A DNA stretch of 64,000 bases from Alphaproteobacteria bacterium (lineage in GTDB: Bacteria > Pseudomonadota > Alphaproteobacteria > UBA828), in NCBI GenBank assembly GCA_965237415.1, contig CBDEFM010000001.1, positions 160,001 through 224,000 of the forward strand, read 5' to 3'. The notes under the pieces were generated by a model, which saw only the letters and a list, made by a program, of their open reading frames with translations, was not told the origin of the DNA and did no database searches. The translations under genes and the position numbers were made by a program. The first letter of the stretch is position 1, and every line of letters starts with the position of its first letter. Below are positions 63,443-64,000 of this stretch, in pieces.

Positions 63443-64000
63443 CTGTCCATCGCCGTCGGCCTCGGGCTTCATACGTTCCCGTTCTCGGGCGCACGTGCCT
63501 TCTGGCACTGGGTCGATCTCTGCGAAGAGGGCGGGGTCGATTCGCTCTGGCAGACCGACCGCCTCGTCTCGGAGGAGCCCTTCCTCGAGGTGATGAGCGT
63601 GATGGCGGCGCTCGCCGGCAGAACCGAGCGCATCAAATTCGGCATGAACGTCGCCTCGGTCGGGCTGCGCGACCCCCTGCTTCTCGCCAAGCAGTGCGCC
63701 ACCATCGATGTGCTGAGCGACGGGCGCCTGCTGCCGGCCTTCGGCATCGGCGCGATCCGCGCGCCGGACTGGGCGGCGACCGGCACGGACACGGCGGGCC
63801 GCGGCAGGCGCACCGACGAGGGGCTGGAGCTCATTGCCCGGCTCTGGGTGGAGGACTCGGTAGATTTCGACGGCGAGTTCTACCGCTACTCGGGGGCGAG
63901 GATCGCGCCCAAGCCGGTGCAGAAGGTGCTGCCGCTCTGGCTCGGCGGCTCGAGCAAGCCGGCGATCCGGCGCACGGCCCGCATCGGGACCGGCTGGCTG
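63443..64000 (+). CDS. LLM-class flavin-dependent oxidoreductase, partial (probable CTG start; runs off the window)
   Basis: Manual translation (M)SIAVGLGLHTFPFSG...DSLWQTDRL...LRDPLLLAKQCATIDVLSDGR...PKPVQ..PLWLGG. Confidence 0.88.
   Translation, partial: MSIAVGLGLHTFPFSGARAFWHWVDLCEEGGVDSLWQTDRLVSEEPFLEVMSVMAALAGRTERIKFGMNVASVGLRDPLLLAKQCATIDVLSDGRLLPAFGIGAIRAPDWAATGTDTAGRGRRTDEGLELIARLWVEDSVDFDGEFYRYSGARIAPKPVQKVLPLWLGGSSKPAIRRTARIGTGWL

Overview
High-GC alphaproteobacterial-type chromosomal segment. The gene order rplU-rpmA-obgE-proB-proA-nadD-rsfS-rlmH, msbA-waaA-lpxK-lpxL, cysK-alaX-sseA and etfBA suggests a Rhodospirillales-like organism (inference). Most of the window is ordinary metabolism: acyl-CoA enzymes, a B12 mutase with its chaperone, a xanthine-dehydrogenase-family molybdoenzyme, a sugar cluster and lipid A genes. 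The first 21 kb is eroded by mobile DNA. It holds an IS1595-family transposase running off the left edge and two near-identical 184-bp MITEs with 8-bp TSDs, one of which splits a LuxR-type regulator. It also holds a 161-bp MITE splitting a CobW-family GTPase, a low-GC frameshifted OLD-like ATPase/TOPRIM nuclease, a truncated ABC-transporter fragment and a frameshift fusing the molybdoenzyme to a MoaD-like gene. The most interesting candidates are: (i) an Lpp/OprI-like C-terminal-Lys lipoprotein convergent with an L,D-transpeptidase, a gammaproteobacterial-style envelope tether in an alphaproteobacterial background; (ii) a HAL/PAL-family lyase lacking the MIO-forming Ala-Ser-Gly; (iii) a composite non-coding locus at 34.25-34.92 kb with a ~10-bp GGGAT(T)AAGT array, covarying REP-like hairpins and an IS-end-like relic; (iv) two genes that appear to need non-canonical starts (ATA, CTG). 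No rRNA, tRNA or CRISPR array was seen. All calls come from motif recognition by eye; no database searches were run.
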